Shown here one piece after another: positions 44,767 to 53,835 of a stretch of DNA of 64,000 nucleotides. The stretch comes from Pseudomonadota bacterium (lineage in GTDB: Archaea; Thermoplasmatota; SW-10-69-26; JACQPN01; JAJPHT01): assembly GCA_021325135.1 (NCBI GenBank), contig JAJPHT010000015.1, positions 1 to 64,000 on the forward strand, given 5' to 3'. The notes beneath the pieces were generated by a model. That model saw only the letters and a list, made by a program, of their open reading frames with translations. It made no database searches and was not told the origin of the DNA. Position 1 is the first letter of the stretch. Each line of letters begins with the position of its first letter. The translations under genes were made by a program, and so were the position numbers.

Positions 44767-44958
44767 ATGCCTGAGCGCCGCGACCAGGACGAGGTCCTCC
44801 GGAAGAAAGGCAACGTGACCAAGAGCGACCGCGGCCTCCAGGTGTGGGGCGACGAGGCCGAAGGGGACCCTGGCCAGGCGGGCACGGGCTCCGAGGGCAC
44901 CGCGTCCCGCGCCGCGCGCATCACCCGCGGCCAGCGCGAGTCGCAGGAACGCGCCTGA
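44767..44958 (+). CDS. Small hydrophilic hypothetical protein (63 aa)
   Basis: MPERRDQDEVLRKKG...ESQERA; host-like codons; likely disordered. Confidence 0.55.
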   Translation: MPERRDQDEVLRKKGNVTKSDRGLQVWGDEAEGDPGQAGTGSEGTASRAARITRGQRESQERA

Positions 44959-45034
44959 CCTCGCAGGCGCAAGGCTGCACGGGGCGGCGCCTCAAGACCC
45001 GCCCCGTGGGTGGCGCGCGCGGAGGCACTCCCCC

Positions 45035-45499
45035 ATGCGATCCGCGCTCCTTCTCACGCTTCTCCTCACGACCGCCGCCATCGGCTTCGTCCCCGCCGCC
45101 AGCGCGGGGTGGACCGTCGTCTGCGCGCCCAAGCTGGACTGCGTCGCGGGCGTCTGCGTCTCGGGCTGCGGCAGCGATGCCCTCGTCTGCTTCGCCGTGG
45201 GCAACACCGCGCCCCCCGCCTGCATCTTGAACCCGTGCCCGCCCCAGCGCTGCTATCCCGAGCCGCGCTTCTCCGGCGTCCACGTCTACCGCGAGGTCTT
45301 CCCCGGGTGCGCCACCACGTCGCTGCCCCTCGTGGGAGCGCGCGCCAGCGCCGACGCCGCGGGCCAGCACGCCGACGCCCTCTTCCTCACCGCGCTCGTC
45401 GTGTGCGGCACCATCGTCGGCCTGGACGTGACGCCCGGCGCGCTCGACCCCACGGCCACGCCGCAGGCCCAGGTCCAGCCGATCCTGGTCCTGCTTTGA
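45035..45499 (+). CDS. Secreted Cys-rich hypothetical protein
   Basis: Signal peptide and ten Cys residues. Confidence 0.6.
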   Translation: MRSALLLTLLLTTAAIGFVPAASAGWTVVCAPKLDCVAGVCVSGCGSDALVCFAVGNTAPPACILNPCPPQRCYPEPRFSGVHVYREVFPGCATTSLPLVGARASADAAGQHADALFLTALVVCGTIVGLDVTPGALDPTATPQAQVQPILVLL

Positions 45500-45544
45500 G
45501 CGGGTCACGAAAGGGTTCTTGCCGGGCGGATCGCTCCTCGCCGC

Positions 45545-46231
45545 GTGGAGCCGATCCGCCCCGCGGATGAGCCCCTGGGCCTCGCCTTGGGCGCGCTCTC
45601 CAGCCCGACGCGCCTCGCGATCCTGCGCAGCCTCCGCACGCCGCGCACGCTGCGCGAGATCGAGATCGGCGCCGAGGAGGACGGCCGCCCCATCACGCGC
45701 CAGGCCGTGCGCCGCCACCTCGATACGCTCGTGGAGGCGGGCCTCGTCACGACCCGCGAGGCCGGCAGGGACTACGGCGACACCACCGAGTTCATCCTCA
45801 ACCACGCCCGCGTCTACGGCATCGCCGAGGACGTCCGCCAGATGGCGCGCCTGCGCCCCGCGGTCGACCCGGGCGGCCACACCGTCGTCGCGGGCAACGC
45901 CTCGCCCACGCGCCCCCGCGGGCCGGTGCTCATCCTCGTGAAGGGCGCGGACGACGGCGCCGCGTTCCCCCTCGACCCCTCCGCGGGCGAGCGCGAGTGG
46001 ATCGTGGGCCGCCGGCGCGGCGTCGGCGTGTGCCTCGACTTCGACGCCACCGTCAGCTCCGAGAACGCGCGCATCACGTGGCGCGACGGCGCGCACTGGA
46101 TCGAGGACGTCCAGGGGAGCCGCAACGGCACGCTCCTCAACCTGCGCCTCCTCGTGGCCGGCGAGCCCGCGCGCCTGGAGCACGGCGACCTCGTGGGCGT
46201 CGGCCGCAGCGCGCTCCTCTACTGGCGCTGA
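45545..46231 (+). CDS. ArsR-type HTH plus FHA domain regulator
   Basis: ALSSPTRLAIL...TRQAVRRHLDTLVEAGLV; FHA motifs IVGR, VSSENA, IED..SRNGT, L.HGD...G. Confidence 0.88.
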   Translation: MEPIRPADEPLGLALGALSSPTRLAILRSLRTPRTLREIEIGAEEDGRPITRQAVRRHLDTLVEAGLVTTREAGRDYGDTTEFILNHARVYGIAEDVRQMARLRPAVDPGGHTVVAGNASPTRPRGPVLILVKGADDGAAFPLDPSAGEREWIVGRRRGVGVCLDFDATVSSENARITWRDGAHWIEDVQGSRNGTLLNLRLLVAGEPARLEHGDLVGVGRSALLYWR

Positions 46232-46239
46232 GCGGTGGG

Positions 46240-46361
46240 CGTTCGGCGGCGCCGCAGCGCCGCCAAACGCGGGGGTTTCAGGGGGCGCAGCCCCCTGACG
46301 TGAAATCCCGTTCCAGCAGACGACTGAAACGTCAGGGGGGCGAGCCCCCCTGAAACCCCCC
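46240..46361. repeat. REP/MITE-like palindromic element, copy 3
   Basis: Left arm cgttcggcggcgccgcagcgccgccaa plus the shared core; supplies the last codons and stop of the kinase gene. Confidence 0.88.
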
Positions 46362-48359
46362 ACTTAGGGCGCGCGCCATCTCGCCCGCGTCCTGGTAGCG
46401 GCGCGCGGGATCCGTCTCCGTCGCGCGCGCGAGGATGGGCTCCAGCGCCGCGGGCGCCGCGCCGGGGAAGAGGCGCCGCCCGATGAGGCCCAGCGCGAAC
46501 ACGTCGGAGCGCGTCGTGGGGGGATCGCCGCGGCGCTGCTCGGGCGCCAGATAGTCGGGCGTGCCCAGGGGGACCGCGTCCACGGGCGCGGTGCGGCCGC
46601 GGGCGAGGCGCGCGAGGCCGAAGTCCGCGATGCGCGCGCGGCCCTCGCCCGAGAGGAGGACGTTGCGCGGCTTCAGGTCGCCGTGGACGATGCCCTTCGC
46701 GTGGACGGCGGCGGCGCCGTCGGCGACGTCGCGCAGGAGCGACGCCGCGCGCTCGGGTGGCAGCGGGCCCCCGCGCAAAGCGTCCTCCAGCGAGCCTCCC
46801 TCGGCGTGCTCCAGCACGAGGACCCACGCGCCGCGGCGGCGGAACGCGTCGTGGACCGCGACGACGTGCGGGCTCGCGAGGCCGCCCGCGACGCGCGCCT
46901 CCTGGAGCGCGGCCTCGTCGCCGCCGTCGCCCGTGTCGCGCACCTCCTTGAGGACCACGCGGCGGCGCAGCGTGGCGTCCTCCGCGAGGAAGGCGCGCCC
47001 CGAGCCGCCCGCGCCCAGGAAGCGCTCCACGCGGTAGCGCCCCGCGACGGAGAGCCCCTCGCGCAGCGGCCCGCCGGCGCCCTCGTCCGCGATGCGCGCG
47101 AGGAGCGCGGCCGTCGTCTCGTCGAGGCCCAGGTCCTCGCGGAGGCGGCGCAGCGGCTCGTCCTTCAGGGGGTCGCGCCCTTCGGAGAGCGCGTCGGAGA
47201 CCGCGCGGCGGTACGCGTCCTGCGCGGCGGCCGCGTCGCCCGGCAGCGGCACGCCGTAGAGCTGGCGCGCGAGCTGGTCGACGACGCGGCGGAACCCCTG
47301 CGAGAGGAGCACGACGCCCGCGAGCAGGAGGAAGTCCAGCGGCGTCAGCGCGCCCGTGGCGCCGGTGAGCGCGAGGCCCACGACGGGGATGAGGAGCGCG
47401 CCCGCGGTCACGACGGCCAGCGCGACGAGGAGGCGGGCCGCGCGGCGGCGCTGCGCGACGGTCAGGCCCAGCGCGTCGTGGCGCACGAGGGCGGTGGACG
47501 CGAACGCGCCGAAGAGCACGAAGCGGATCGCGGCGCCCGCGCGGCCGAAGAGCGCGGTCGCGGGGGCCGAGGGCGCCCCCCAGAGGATGCCCGCGGCCAT
47601 GTCAAGGTCCGGGAGCTTGATGAGGAGGATGAGGAAGAACGAGCCGCCCAGCGCCCAGGCCATCGCGCGCCGCTGCCTCGGGTCCGCCCGGCCGCGCGCC
47701 GAGGAGAGAAGGAGCGTCGCCGCGACGCCGGCCACGAGAAGCGCGCCGCCCACCTCGGCGGCGAGGTAGCTCCACGGGGGGTTCGGCGCGGAGGAGGCCC
47801 GGAGGTACGCCTCGTAGAGGTTGGCCGCGAGCGTCGGGCCGTAGGGGACGGCCAGGAGCGCCACGGCGATGAACAGCGGGCGCCACGAGGCGCGCTCGGG
47901 CTCGCGAAGCATCCCCTCCAGCGCCCAGAAGAGGAGGCCCACGTACACCGTGGCCGTGAAGAGCGAGAGCGCCGCGGGGTACGCGAACGTCCGGTCGTTC
48001 ACAAAGGGCACGGTCGTGACGCCGGCGCCCCAGAGCGCGAGGGCGAACGCGGGCGCCGCGACGAGGAGGACGCGGGCGGGCCGCCGCATCGCGCCGGGGC
48101 GCACGTTGGCCGCGAAGAGGTAGAGCGCCAGGGGGTCCAGCGAGGCCGCGACACTGGCGAGCCGGAACCAGGGGAGGGACTCGCTGTCGGGGAGCGATCC
48201 GCGCGCCGTCTCCGCGACCTGGTTGAGCGCGACGAGGCCCAGGAACGCCGCGAGCCACAGCGCGGCGCGGGAGCGGCGCGCGGCCGGGAGGAGCGCCGCC
48301 GCGAAGGTGACGCCCACCACGGCGGCGGCCGCGCGCAGGAGGATCTCCGTCCCGACCAT
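46332..48359 (-). CDS. Multi-pass membrane Hanks-type Ser/Thr protein kinase
   Basis: About 8-9 hydrophobic segments, then GAGGSG, VVLK, EAR, HGDLKPRN, DFG, GTPDYLAPE, SDVFALG, DP..R. Confidence 0.92.
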   Translation of the reverse strand: MVGTEILLRAAAAVVGVTFAAALLPAARRSRAALWLAAFLGLVALNQVAETARGSLPDSESLPWFRLASVAASLDPLALYLFAANVRPGAMRRPARVLLVAAPAFALALWGAGVTTVPFVNDRTFAYPAALSLFTATVYVGLLFWALEGMLREPERASWRPLFIAVALLAVPYGPTLAANLYEAYLRASSAPNPPWSYLAAEVGGALLVAGVAATLLLSSARGRADPRQRRAMAWALGGSFFLILLIKLPDLDMAAGILWGAPSAPATALFGRAGAAIRFVLFGAFASTALVRHDALGLTVAQRRRAARLLVALAVVTAGALLIPVVGLALTGATGALTPLDFLLLAGVVLLSQGFRRVVDQLARQLYGVPLPGDAAAAQDAYRRAVSDALSEGRDPLKDEPLRRLREDLGLDETTAALLARIADEGAGGPLREGLSVAGRYRVERFLGAGGSGRAFLAEDATLRRRVVLKEVRDTGDGGDEAALQEARVAGGLASPHVVAVHDAFRRRGAWVLVLEHAEGGSLEDALRGGPLPPERAASLLRDVADGAAAVHAKGIVHGDLKPRNVLLSGEGRARIADFGLARLARGRTAPVDAVPLGTPDYLAPEQRRGDPPTTRSDVFALGLIGRRLFPGAAPAALEPILARATETDPARRYQDAGEMARALSGGFQGGSPP

Positions 48360-48440
48360 CCTTCGTGGGCCAGCGCGGCGCCCCCCATTGAGGGTTCCGG
48401 GCGCGGCAGGCCTTTTCCGGGGATGCGGCGATGGCCCCGC

Positions 48441-49484
48441 GTGGCCGCCGTCCGCGGGCTCCTTCAAGGCGACGCCGTGCTCGTGCCCGACGAGAAGGAG
48501 GCCAACGCGCTCTACAACAAGGGGAGCTTCGGCGTCCCGCAGCGCGGCGGCGCGCTCCGGCTCGACCTTGTCGAGGCGCTCTACCTCGTGGAGGCCGCGC
48601 GCCTGCGCGTCGAGGGGAGCGACGCGGCCTCGCTGCTGCGCCACGCCAGCGCGCGCGAGCCGGACTTCGAGATCCGCTACATCGTCTACCGCGACCTGCG
48701 CGGGCGCACCTTCGCCGTGAAGCCCAGCTCGCACCTGGACTACCACGTCTTCCCGCGCGGCGCGCTCCCGGGCAAGACGGCAAGCTCCCACGTCGTGCGC
48801 TGCGCCAGCGAGCGCGGGCGGTTCGACCCCGCGGGCGTGCTCGCCGAGATGGACCAGGCGAAGCGCCTGGGCAAGAAGCTCCTTCTCGCCCTCGTGGACG
48901 AGGAGGGAGACCTCACGTACTACGACGTGGCCGAGCCCGACCTCCGCTCCGGCGTGCAGGCGCTTCCGGGCGCGCGCGTGAAGGCCGTGCTGCTGGAGGA
49001 CCGCGTCATGGTGCTGGACGCCGACGCGGCGCGCGCGCTCTTCGCCGAAGGCTACTTCGGGCGCGACGTGGGCCTGGGCCTCCAGCTCTCGCTCCCCGAG
49101 GCGCTCTATCTCGCGGAGGCGAAGCGGCTCGACGTGGAGGACGCGGAGGGCAAGGCGGTCCCTCCGTTGGACCTGGCCGAGCGCGCGCGGCGCCTGGAGC
49201 CCGACTTCGACCTGCGGCAGCGCCTGTACGTTCACCTGCGCCAGGCGGGCGTCGTCGTCAAGACCGGCTTCAAGTACGGCACGCACTTCCGCGCGTACAC
49301 GGGGCCGCCCGACGAGGAGCACGCGCCCTACCTCGTGCATGCGCTCGCCGAGGGGCGCCTTCTCCCCTGGCCCGAGATCGCGGGCTTCGTGCGGCTCGCC
49401 CACGGCGTGCGCAAGCGGCTCTTCTTCGCGGCGCCCTCCGGAGGCGCGTTCCGGCTTCTGGAGCTGGCGCGGACGCGTCCGTGA
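48441..49484 (+). CDS. endA: tRNA-intron splicing endonuclease, two-unit (alpha2) type
   Basis: Two repeats (L..VEALYL...VY.DLR); catalytic unit KTGFKYGTHFRAY...H...RLAHGVRK. Confidence 0.94.
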   Translation: MAAVRGLLQGDAVLVPDEKEANALYNKGSFGVPQRGGALRLDLVEALYLVEAARLRVEGSDAASLLRHASAREPDFEIRYIVYRDLRGRTFAVKPSSHLDYHVFPRGALPGKTASSHVVRCASERGRFDPAGVLAEMDQAKRLGKKLLLALVDEEGDLTYYDVAEPDLRSGVQALPGARVKAVLLEDRVMVLDADAARALFAEGYFGRDVGLGLQLSLPEALYLAEAKRLDVEDAEGKAVPPLDLAERARRLEPDFDLRQRLYVHLRQAGVVVKTGFKYGTHFRAYTGPPDEEHAPYLVHALAEGRLLPWPEIAGFVRLAHGVRKRLFFAAPSGGAFRLLELARTRP

Positions 49485-49577
49485 AGAAATCGACAGGAAC
49501 GCGCATTGTCACTCGGGGTGGCGACGGACTAACGGCAACGTCGCATCCAATAACCTTAAGACGCGAATCGCGTGCAG

Positions 49578-49707
49578 GGCCTCCAGAGGGCGGGAGAGCT
49601 TCCCAAGCTCCGCCGGGCTCGCGCCTGGTTGCCTCAGCCTCCCAACACTTCCCGCCCTCCACGGGGCCCCGGTCTTGTTCCCGGGGCCCCAGCCTCCCAA
49701 TTCTCTG
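49578..49707 (+). ncRNA. Candidate structured small RNA
   Basis: TATA-like aaccttaag at 49552-49560; 10-bp closing stem 49586-49595/49650-49659 enclosing two hairpins; 10-bp hairpin 49663-49690; cagcctcccaa occurs twice. Confidence 0.45.
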
Positions 49708-49847
49708 ACGCAGCGCGCTGGGCCGCCCGCGCATCGGGCCCGCGCGTCCAAGCCGTTTGTGGAGGAAACCTGTGGTTTCACCGGGCGCGACCGAGCCCCG
49801 GCGAGGGTGCCCGCGACGGAGAAGCAAACCTTTCTGGGGGGTCCCCG

Positions 49848-50282
49848 ATGCGCGCCGCCGTGAAGGTCGCCGAGGCCATCGAGCGCCTCCGCCCGCGGGT
49901 CCCTCCCGGCATCCGTCTGGAGGAGGACGACCTGGGGCATCTCCTGGCGTTCGTGCGCCGCGACATGCTGCACCTGGACGCGGACGCCCTGAGCGATCGG
50001 CTCGCGGCGTGGACGCGCGACCGCCTCGCGAAGGAATTGCCCCGCGCGCAGGCCACCATCTCGTTCCGCCACGCGCGGCCCGTGGACCCGCACGACGAGT
50101 CCACCATGGACATCCAGGAGGGGTGGCTGGGCCTGGAGCCCTCGGTGTGGATCGAGGGGCCGCAGGTGAGCGAGGCGGAGGTCGCGGCGCTCGCGCGCGT
50201 GCTGCCGGATTTCCTCAAGCTGCTGGAGGGGCGCGGCCGCCCCTCGGGGTTCCGGCGCTACGACGAGGGCAACGCCGAGTGA
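49848..50282 (+). CDS. Hypothetical protein
   Basis: ATG at 49848, host-like codon usage. Confidence 0.6.
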   Translation: MRAAVKVAEAIERLRPRVPPGIRLEEDDLGHLLAFVRRDMLHLDADALSDRLAAWTRDRLAKELPRAQATISFRHARPVDPHDESTMDIQEGWLGLEPSVWIEGPQVSEAEVAALARVLPDFLKLLEGRGRPSGFRRYDEGNAE

Positions 50283-51175
50283 GCGGGCCGGCGCCGCGCC
50301 TTGTCCCAGCGGCGGATCTCGGCGTCGACCCATGAGGCGAGCCGCTCGCGCGCGACGAAGGTGCCCTGGGGCACGGAGAACGTGACGTGCGTGGCGCCCG
50401 GCAGCGCGCGCAGCTTCTCCTCCGCGACGTGCGCCTCGGCGTAGGTCCTCGCGTAGCCCACGAGGAACGTGCCGGGCGGGTCGTGGTGCGTGACCATGCG
50501 CTGCGCGTTCGCGAGGCGCAGCGCGCGCAGGTCCTCCGGGGCCGCGACGTTCACGTAGGCGTTGTAGAGGATGGCGCCCTCCTCCCGCGTGGCGTCGGTC
50601 GCGGGGAACGCCATGAGGTCGCCCTCGCGGAGCATGCGGTCGCGCCGCTCGCGCACCGTGCGCGGCGTGAGCCCCGTCGCGTCCGCCAGCGCCCGGGCCG
50701 TCCCGCGCGGCGCGTCCATGACCGCGCGCAGGACGCGCCAGTCCAGGGGCGAGAGCGGCGGGCGCTCCGCAAGCTCGCGCGGGTCGTTGGGCGTGACGAG
50801 GGCGTCGGGCGCCTCGCGCCCCGTGACGCGCGCCAACTCTGCAGGGAGCGGCGCCTCGGGGTCCTCGCGGTAGAGCATCGCGACGGTCGCGCTGGGGTAG
50901 GCGCTGGCGGCCCACGCGACCTCGGGCGCGAGGAGAAGGTCCCGCGCGTCCACGTCGTCCACGCCCGGCGCGTACACGGCGAGGCGCGCGTGGCGGCGCA
51001 GCGCGATGGCGGAGGGCCCGCACGCGAAGCCCAGGAAGACGCCCGCCCGCGCGAGGCGGTCGAGCCGCGCGCGCACGGCCGTGCCGCTGGTCCCGATCTC
51101 GCGCCCCAGGGACTCGTAGCTCTCGAAGGGCGAGCGGACCAGCGCCATGAGGATGCGGCAGTCGCGCTCGTCCAT
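50258..51175 (-). CDS. Lrp/AsnC-type regulator with two HTH units
   Basis: MDERDCRIL..L..SP..SY..LGREIG.S..AV..R and LSPLDWRVL....DAPR....LA..TGLT..TV..R. Confidence 0.85.
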   Translation of the reverse strand: MDERDCRILMALVRSPFESYESLGREIGTSGTAVRARLDRLARAGVFLGFACGPSAIALRRHARLAVYAPGVDDVDARDLLLAPEVAWAASAYPSATVAMLYREDPEAPLPAELARVTGREAPDALVTPNDPRELAERPPLSPLDWRVLRAVMDAPRGTARALADATGLTPRTVRERRDRMLREGDLMAFPATDATREEGAILYNAYVNVAAPEDLRALRLANAQRMVTHHDPPGTFLVGYARTYAEAHVAEEKLRALPGATHVTFSVPQGTFVARERLASWVDAEIRRWDKARRRPAHSALPSS

Positions 51176-51224
51176 CGTCTCGCCCTTCCTACGCGGCGCC
51201 CCCAGATAACGAGGCGCCCCGACC

Positions 51225-51278
51225 CGCTTGGAAAAGCGGCTTCTTTATATATTTATAAAGAAGCCGCTTTTCCAAGCG
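51225..51278. promoter_or_regulatory. Perfect 25-bp inverted repeat with an AT-rich centre in a divergent promoter region
   Basis: cgcttggaaaagcggcttctttata-TATT-tataaagaagccgcttttccaagcg. Confidence 0.85.
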
Positions 51279-51322
51279 CCACGCGGCGCAGGATTATCCG
51301 CCCTGGCGGGCTCCGCAGCCCC

Positions 51323-51964
51323 ATGGCCGAAGCGGCGACCGCGTGGACGCACACGTTCCCCCGGAACGACCTCGCCTCCGCGCGCCTCGCGTTCGAGAGC
51401 GGCGTCGCGCCGCGGCTCGACGTGCGCGGCGCGACGCTGGGCGCGGGCCTCGCGCGGTGCAGCTTCCCCGACCCCGCGCCCCGCGTGGGCCTCGTCCGGG
51501 ACGAGCTGTCCATCGACTACCACGGCTTCTTCCGCTGGTTCTTCCTGGGCCGCTATCCCCCCGGCCTCGTGGAGATCAACGACGCGATCCCCTGGAGCGT
51601 CGCCGTCGAGGGCGGCGTGGCGAAGGCCTCCATGGACCTCCGCACCGTGCAGCTGCAACGCTTCGAGGTGGGCGGCGGCGCGGCGAAGGTCGAGCTTCGC
51701 CTGGGGACGCCGCGCGGCATCGTCCCCGTCCGCGTGAGCGGCGGCGCCGCGCGCTTCGTCGTCACGCGCCCGCCCGGCGTCGCGGCGCGCCTGCGCGTCT
51801 CGGGCGGCGCGGCGCACGTCGAGCTTGACGAGCAGTCGCTGGGCGCGGTGGGCGGCGGGCTCACGCTCACGAGCCGCGGCTGGGACGAGAAGGGGGACGG
51901 GTTCGACATCAAGATCGGCGGCGGCGCGGCCCGCGTCGAGGTCCGCCCGGAGGGTTCAGCATGA
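51323..51964 (+). CDS. Beta-repeat protein (LiaF/DUF2154-like), first gene of the ABC operon
   Basis: Five GG(A/V)A.V repeats; ATGA overlap with the ATPase gene. Confidence 0.7.
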   Translation: MAEAATAWTHTFPRNDLASARLAFESGVAPRLDVRGATLGAGLARCSFPDPAPRVGLVRDELSIDYHGFFRWFFLGRYPPGLVEINDAIPWSVAVEGGVAKASMDLRTVQLQRFEVGGGAAKVELRLGTPRGIVPVRVSGGAARFVVTRPPGVAARLRVSGGAAHVELDEQSLGAVGGGLTLTSRGWDEKGDGFDIKIGGGAARVEVRPEGSA

Positions 51965-52983
51965 GCGACGCGATTCTGGCGAAAGACATCACGCACACCT
52001 ACAAGGGCGGCAAGCGCGCGGTGGACGGCGTCTCCTTCCACGTGGAGAAGGGCGAGTTCTTCGGCTTCCTGGGCCCCAACGGCGCGGGCAAGAGCACGAC
52101 CATCAAGATGCTGGCGACGCTCCTGCACCCCGACGCGGGGCAGGTCGTCGTCAACGGGCTCGACGTCATGCAGCAGCCGGTCGCCGTGCGCCGCAGCATC
52201 GGCTACACGGCGCAGGACACCAGCGTCGACGAGGAATTGACCGCGCGCGAGAACATCCGCTTCGCGTGCGAGGCCTACGGCGTCCCGCGCGCGCAGCGCG
52301 AGGCGCGCATCGATCAGCTTCTCGACCTCGTGGACCTGGCCGACGTGGCCGACAAGCGCGCGAGCACGTTCTCGGGCGGCATGAAGAAGAGGCTCGACAT
52401 CGCGACCTCCCTCGTGCACGACCCGCCGCTCCTGTTCCTCGACGAGCCCACGACGGGCCTCGATCCCAAGGCGCGCATGAGCCTGTGGGCGTACTTCCGC
52501 GAGCTGAACAAGCGCGGCACGACCATCTTCCTCACCACGCAGTACCTGGAGGAGGCGGACCAGCTCTGCCAGCGCATCGCCATCATCAACGACGGCAGGA
52601 TCGTCGCCACCGGCACGCCCGACGAGCTGAAGGCGCAAGTGGGCGGCGACGCGCTGGAGGTCCACCTGGAGATCACGAAGCCCGACACGCTGGAGCGCGC
52701 CCGCGAGGTGGTCGCGAAGTCCGGCCTCCTGGGCCCGGGCGACACCGTGGGCCTCTCCACCGGCGGCCTCACCGTCACCTCGCCCCGCGCGAAGCGCATC
52801 GGCGCCGACGTACTGGGCAGCCTCAAGAAGGAGGGGTTCACCGTGCTATCGTTCAACGTCCGCAGCCCGACCCTTGACGACGTGTTCCTGAAGCTCACCG
52901 GCGCCACGCTGGAGGAGGCGCAGGAGAAGGCCAAGGCCAACGCGCCCACGGGCGGCCGCGGCGGACGCCGGGGTGGTCGCTGA
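51961..52983 (+). CDS. ABC exporter ATP-binding protein (DrrA-like)
   Basis: GPNGAGKST, FSGGM, LFLDEPTTGLD, TTQYLEEAD. Confidence 0.95.
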   Translation: MSDAILAKDITHTYKGGKRAVDGVSFHVEKGEFFGFLGPNGAGKSTTIKMLATLLHPDAGQVVVNGLDVMQQPVAVRRSIGYTAQDTSVDEELTARENIRFACEAYGVPRAQREARIDQLLDLVDLADVADKRASTFSGGMKKRLDIATSLVHDPPLLFLDEPTTGLDPKARMSLWAYFRELNKRGTTIFLTTQYLEEADQLCQRIAIINDGRIVATGTPDELKAQVGGDALEVHLEITKPDTLERAREVVAKSGLLGPGDTVGLSTGGLTVTSPRAKRIGADVLGSLKKEGFTVLSFNVRSPTLDDVFLKLTGATLEEAQEKAKANAPTGGRGGRRGGR

Positions 52984-53774
52984 TGGCGAACTACGCGGCG
53001 GAGGTCTGGTACAACTTCAAGCGCTGGATGATCAAGACGGTGCGCAACCCGTTCGTCATCGGCTTCGGCCTCATCCAGCCCATCATCTGGCTGCTCCTCT
53101 TCCCCAACGCCATGAAGGGCGCCTCCAACCTGCCGCTGGACTACGTGGTGTGGTTCGCGCCGGTGGTCGCCATCCAGACGGCCCTCTTCGCGGGCAACGG
53201 CAGCGGCATCGGCCTCGTGGAGGACATGCGCATCGGCGTGTTCAACAAGCTCCTCGCGAGCCCCATGGACCGCAGCGCCATCTTCGTGGGCAAGACCCTC
53301 GCGGGCGCGGCCACCGTCGCCGTGCAGGTCCTCCTCATCGAGATCCTCGCGGCCCTCACCACCAAGGGCAGCTCGCTTCCCACGGGCCTGGGCGGCGCGG
53401 TGGGCGTCATCGCCATCGGCATCCTGTTCAGCCTGGGCTTCGCGGGGCTTTCGAACATCATCGCGCTGGCGACCAAGAGCACCGAGGCGACCATCATCAT
53501 CGGGAACTTCATCCTGCTCCCGCTGCTCTTCGCGTCCGGCGCCTTCGCGCCCACGAGCCAGCTTCCCGGCTGGCTGAAGGCCATCGCCGAGGCGAACCCC
53601 GTGAACTACGGCATCGAGGCCGCGCGCCACCTCATGCTGCCCGCGCCGTGGGGCGACCGCCTCACGAGCCACGGGCTGGGCGTCGACCTGACGGTCATCG
53701 TCGCGTTCGACCTCATCTTGGTGACGATCGCGGCGTTGATGCTGCGCCGAGCGACGGCGGCCAAGGGCCGGTGA
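52983..53774 (+). CDS. ABC-2 type permease (DrrB-like)
   Basis: Six TM; LLASP, LLFASGAFAP, LPGWL, NPVNY. Confidence 0.93.
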   Translation: MANYAAEVWYNFKRWMIKTVRNPFVIGFGLIQPIIWLLLFPNAMKGASNLPLDYVVWFAPVVAIQTALFAGNGSGIGLVEDMRIGVFNKLLASPMDRSAIFVGKTLAGAATVAVQVLLIEILAALTTKGSSLPTGLGGAVGVIAIGILFSLGFAGLSNIIALATKSTEATIIIGNFILLPLLFASGAFAPTSQLPGWLKAIAEANPVNYGIEAARHLMLPAPWGDRLTSHGLGVDLTVIVAFDLILVTIAALMLRRATAAKGR

Positions 53775-53835
53775 GGGTTCGGCAGGAGCCCAACGTCCCC
53801 GAAGGGTCCATGGGGCGGCGCCTCAAGTGCCGCCC

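Noticed and set aside
44767-44958. 63-aa disordered ORF as the Pup/UBact modifier
   Set aside because: Right size and charge, but it ends ESQERA rather than G[EQ] and is 44 kb from the ligase homolog.
24140-46361. Palindromic repeats as a CRISPR array
   Set aside because: Dispersed rather than tandem, no unique spacers of regular length, no cas genes.
49630-49650. GCCTCAGCCTCCCAA similarity to Alu/7SL sequence
   Set aside because: Short match only; no SRP helix-8 motif or long SRP stem on either strand, so treated as coincidence.
51225-51278. Telomere-resolvase or dif-like site
   Set aside because: No protelomerase or recombinase nearby; the position between divergent genes is better explained as regulatory.
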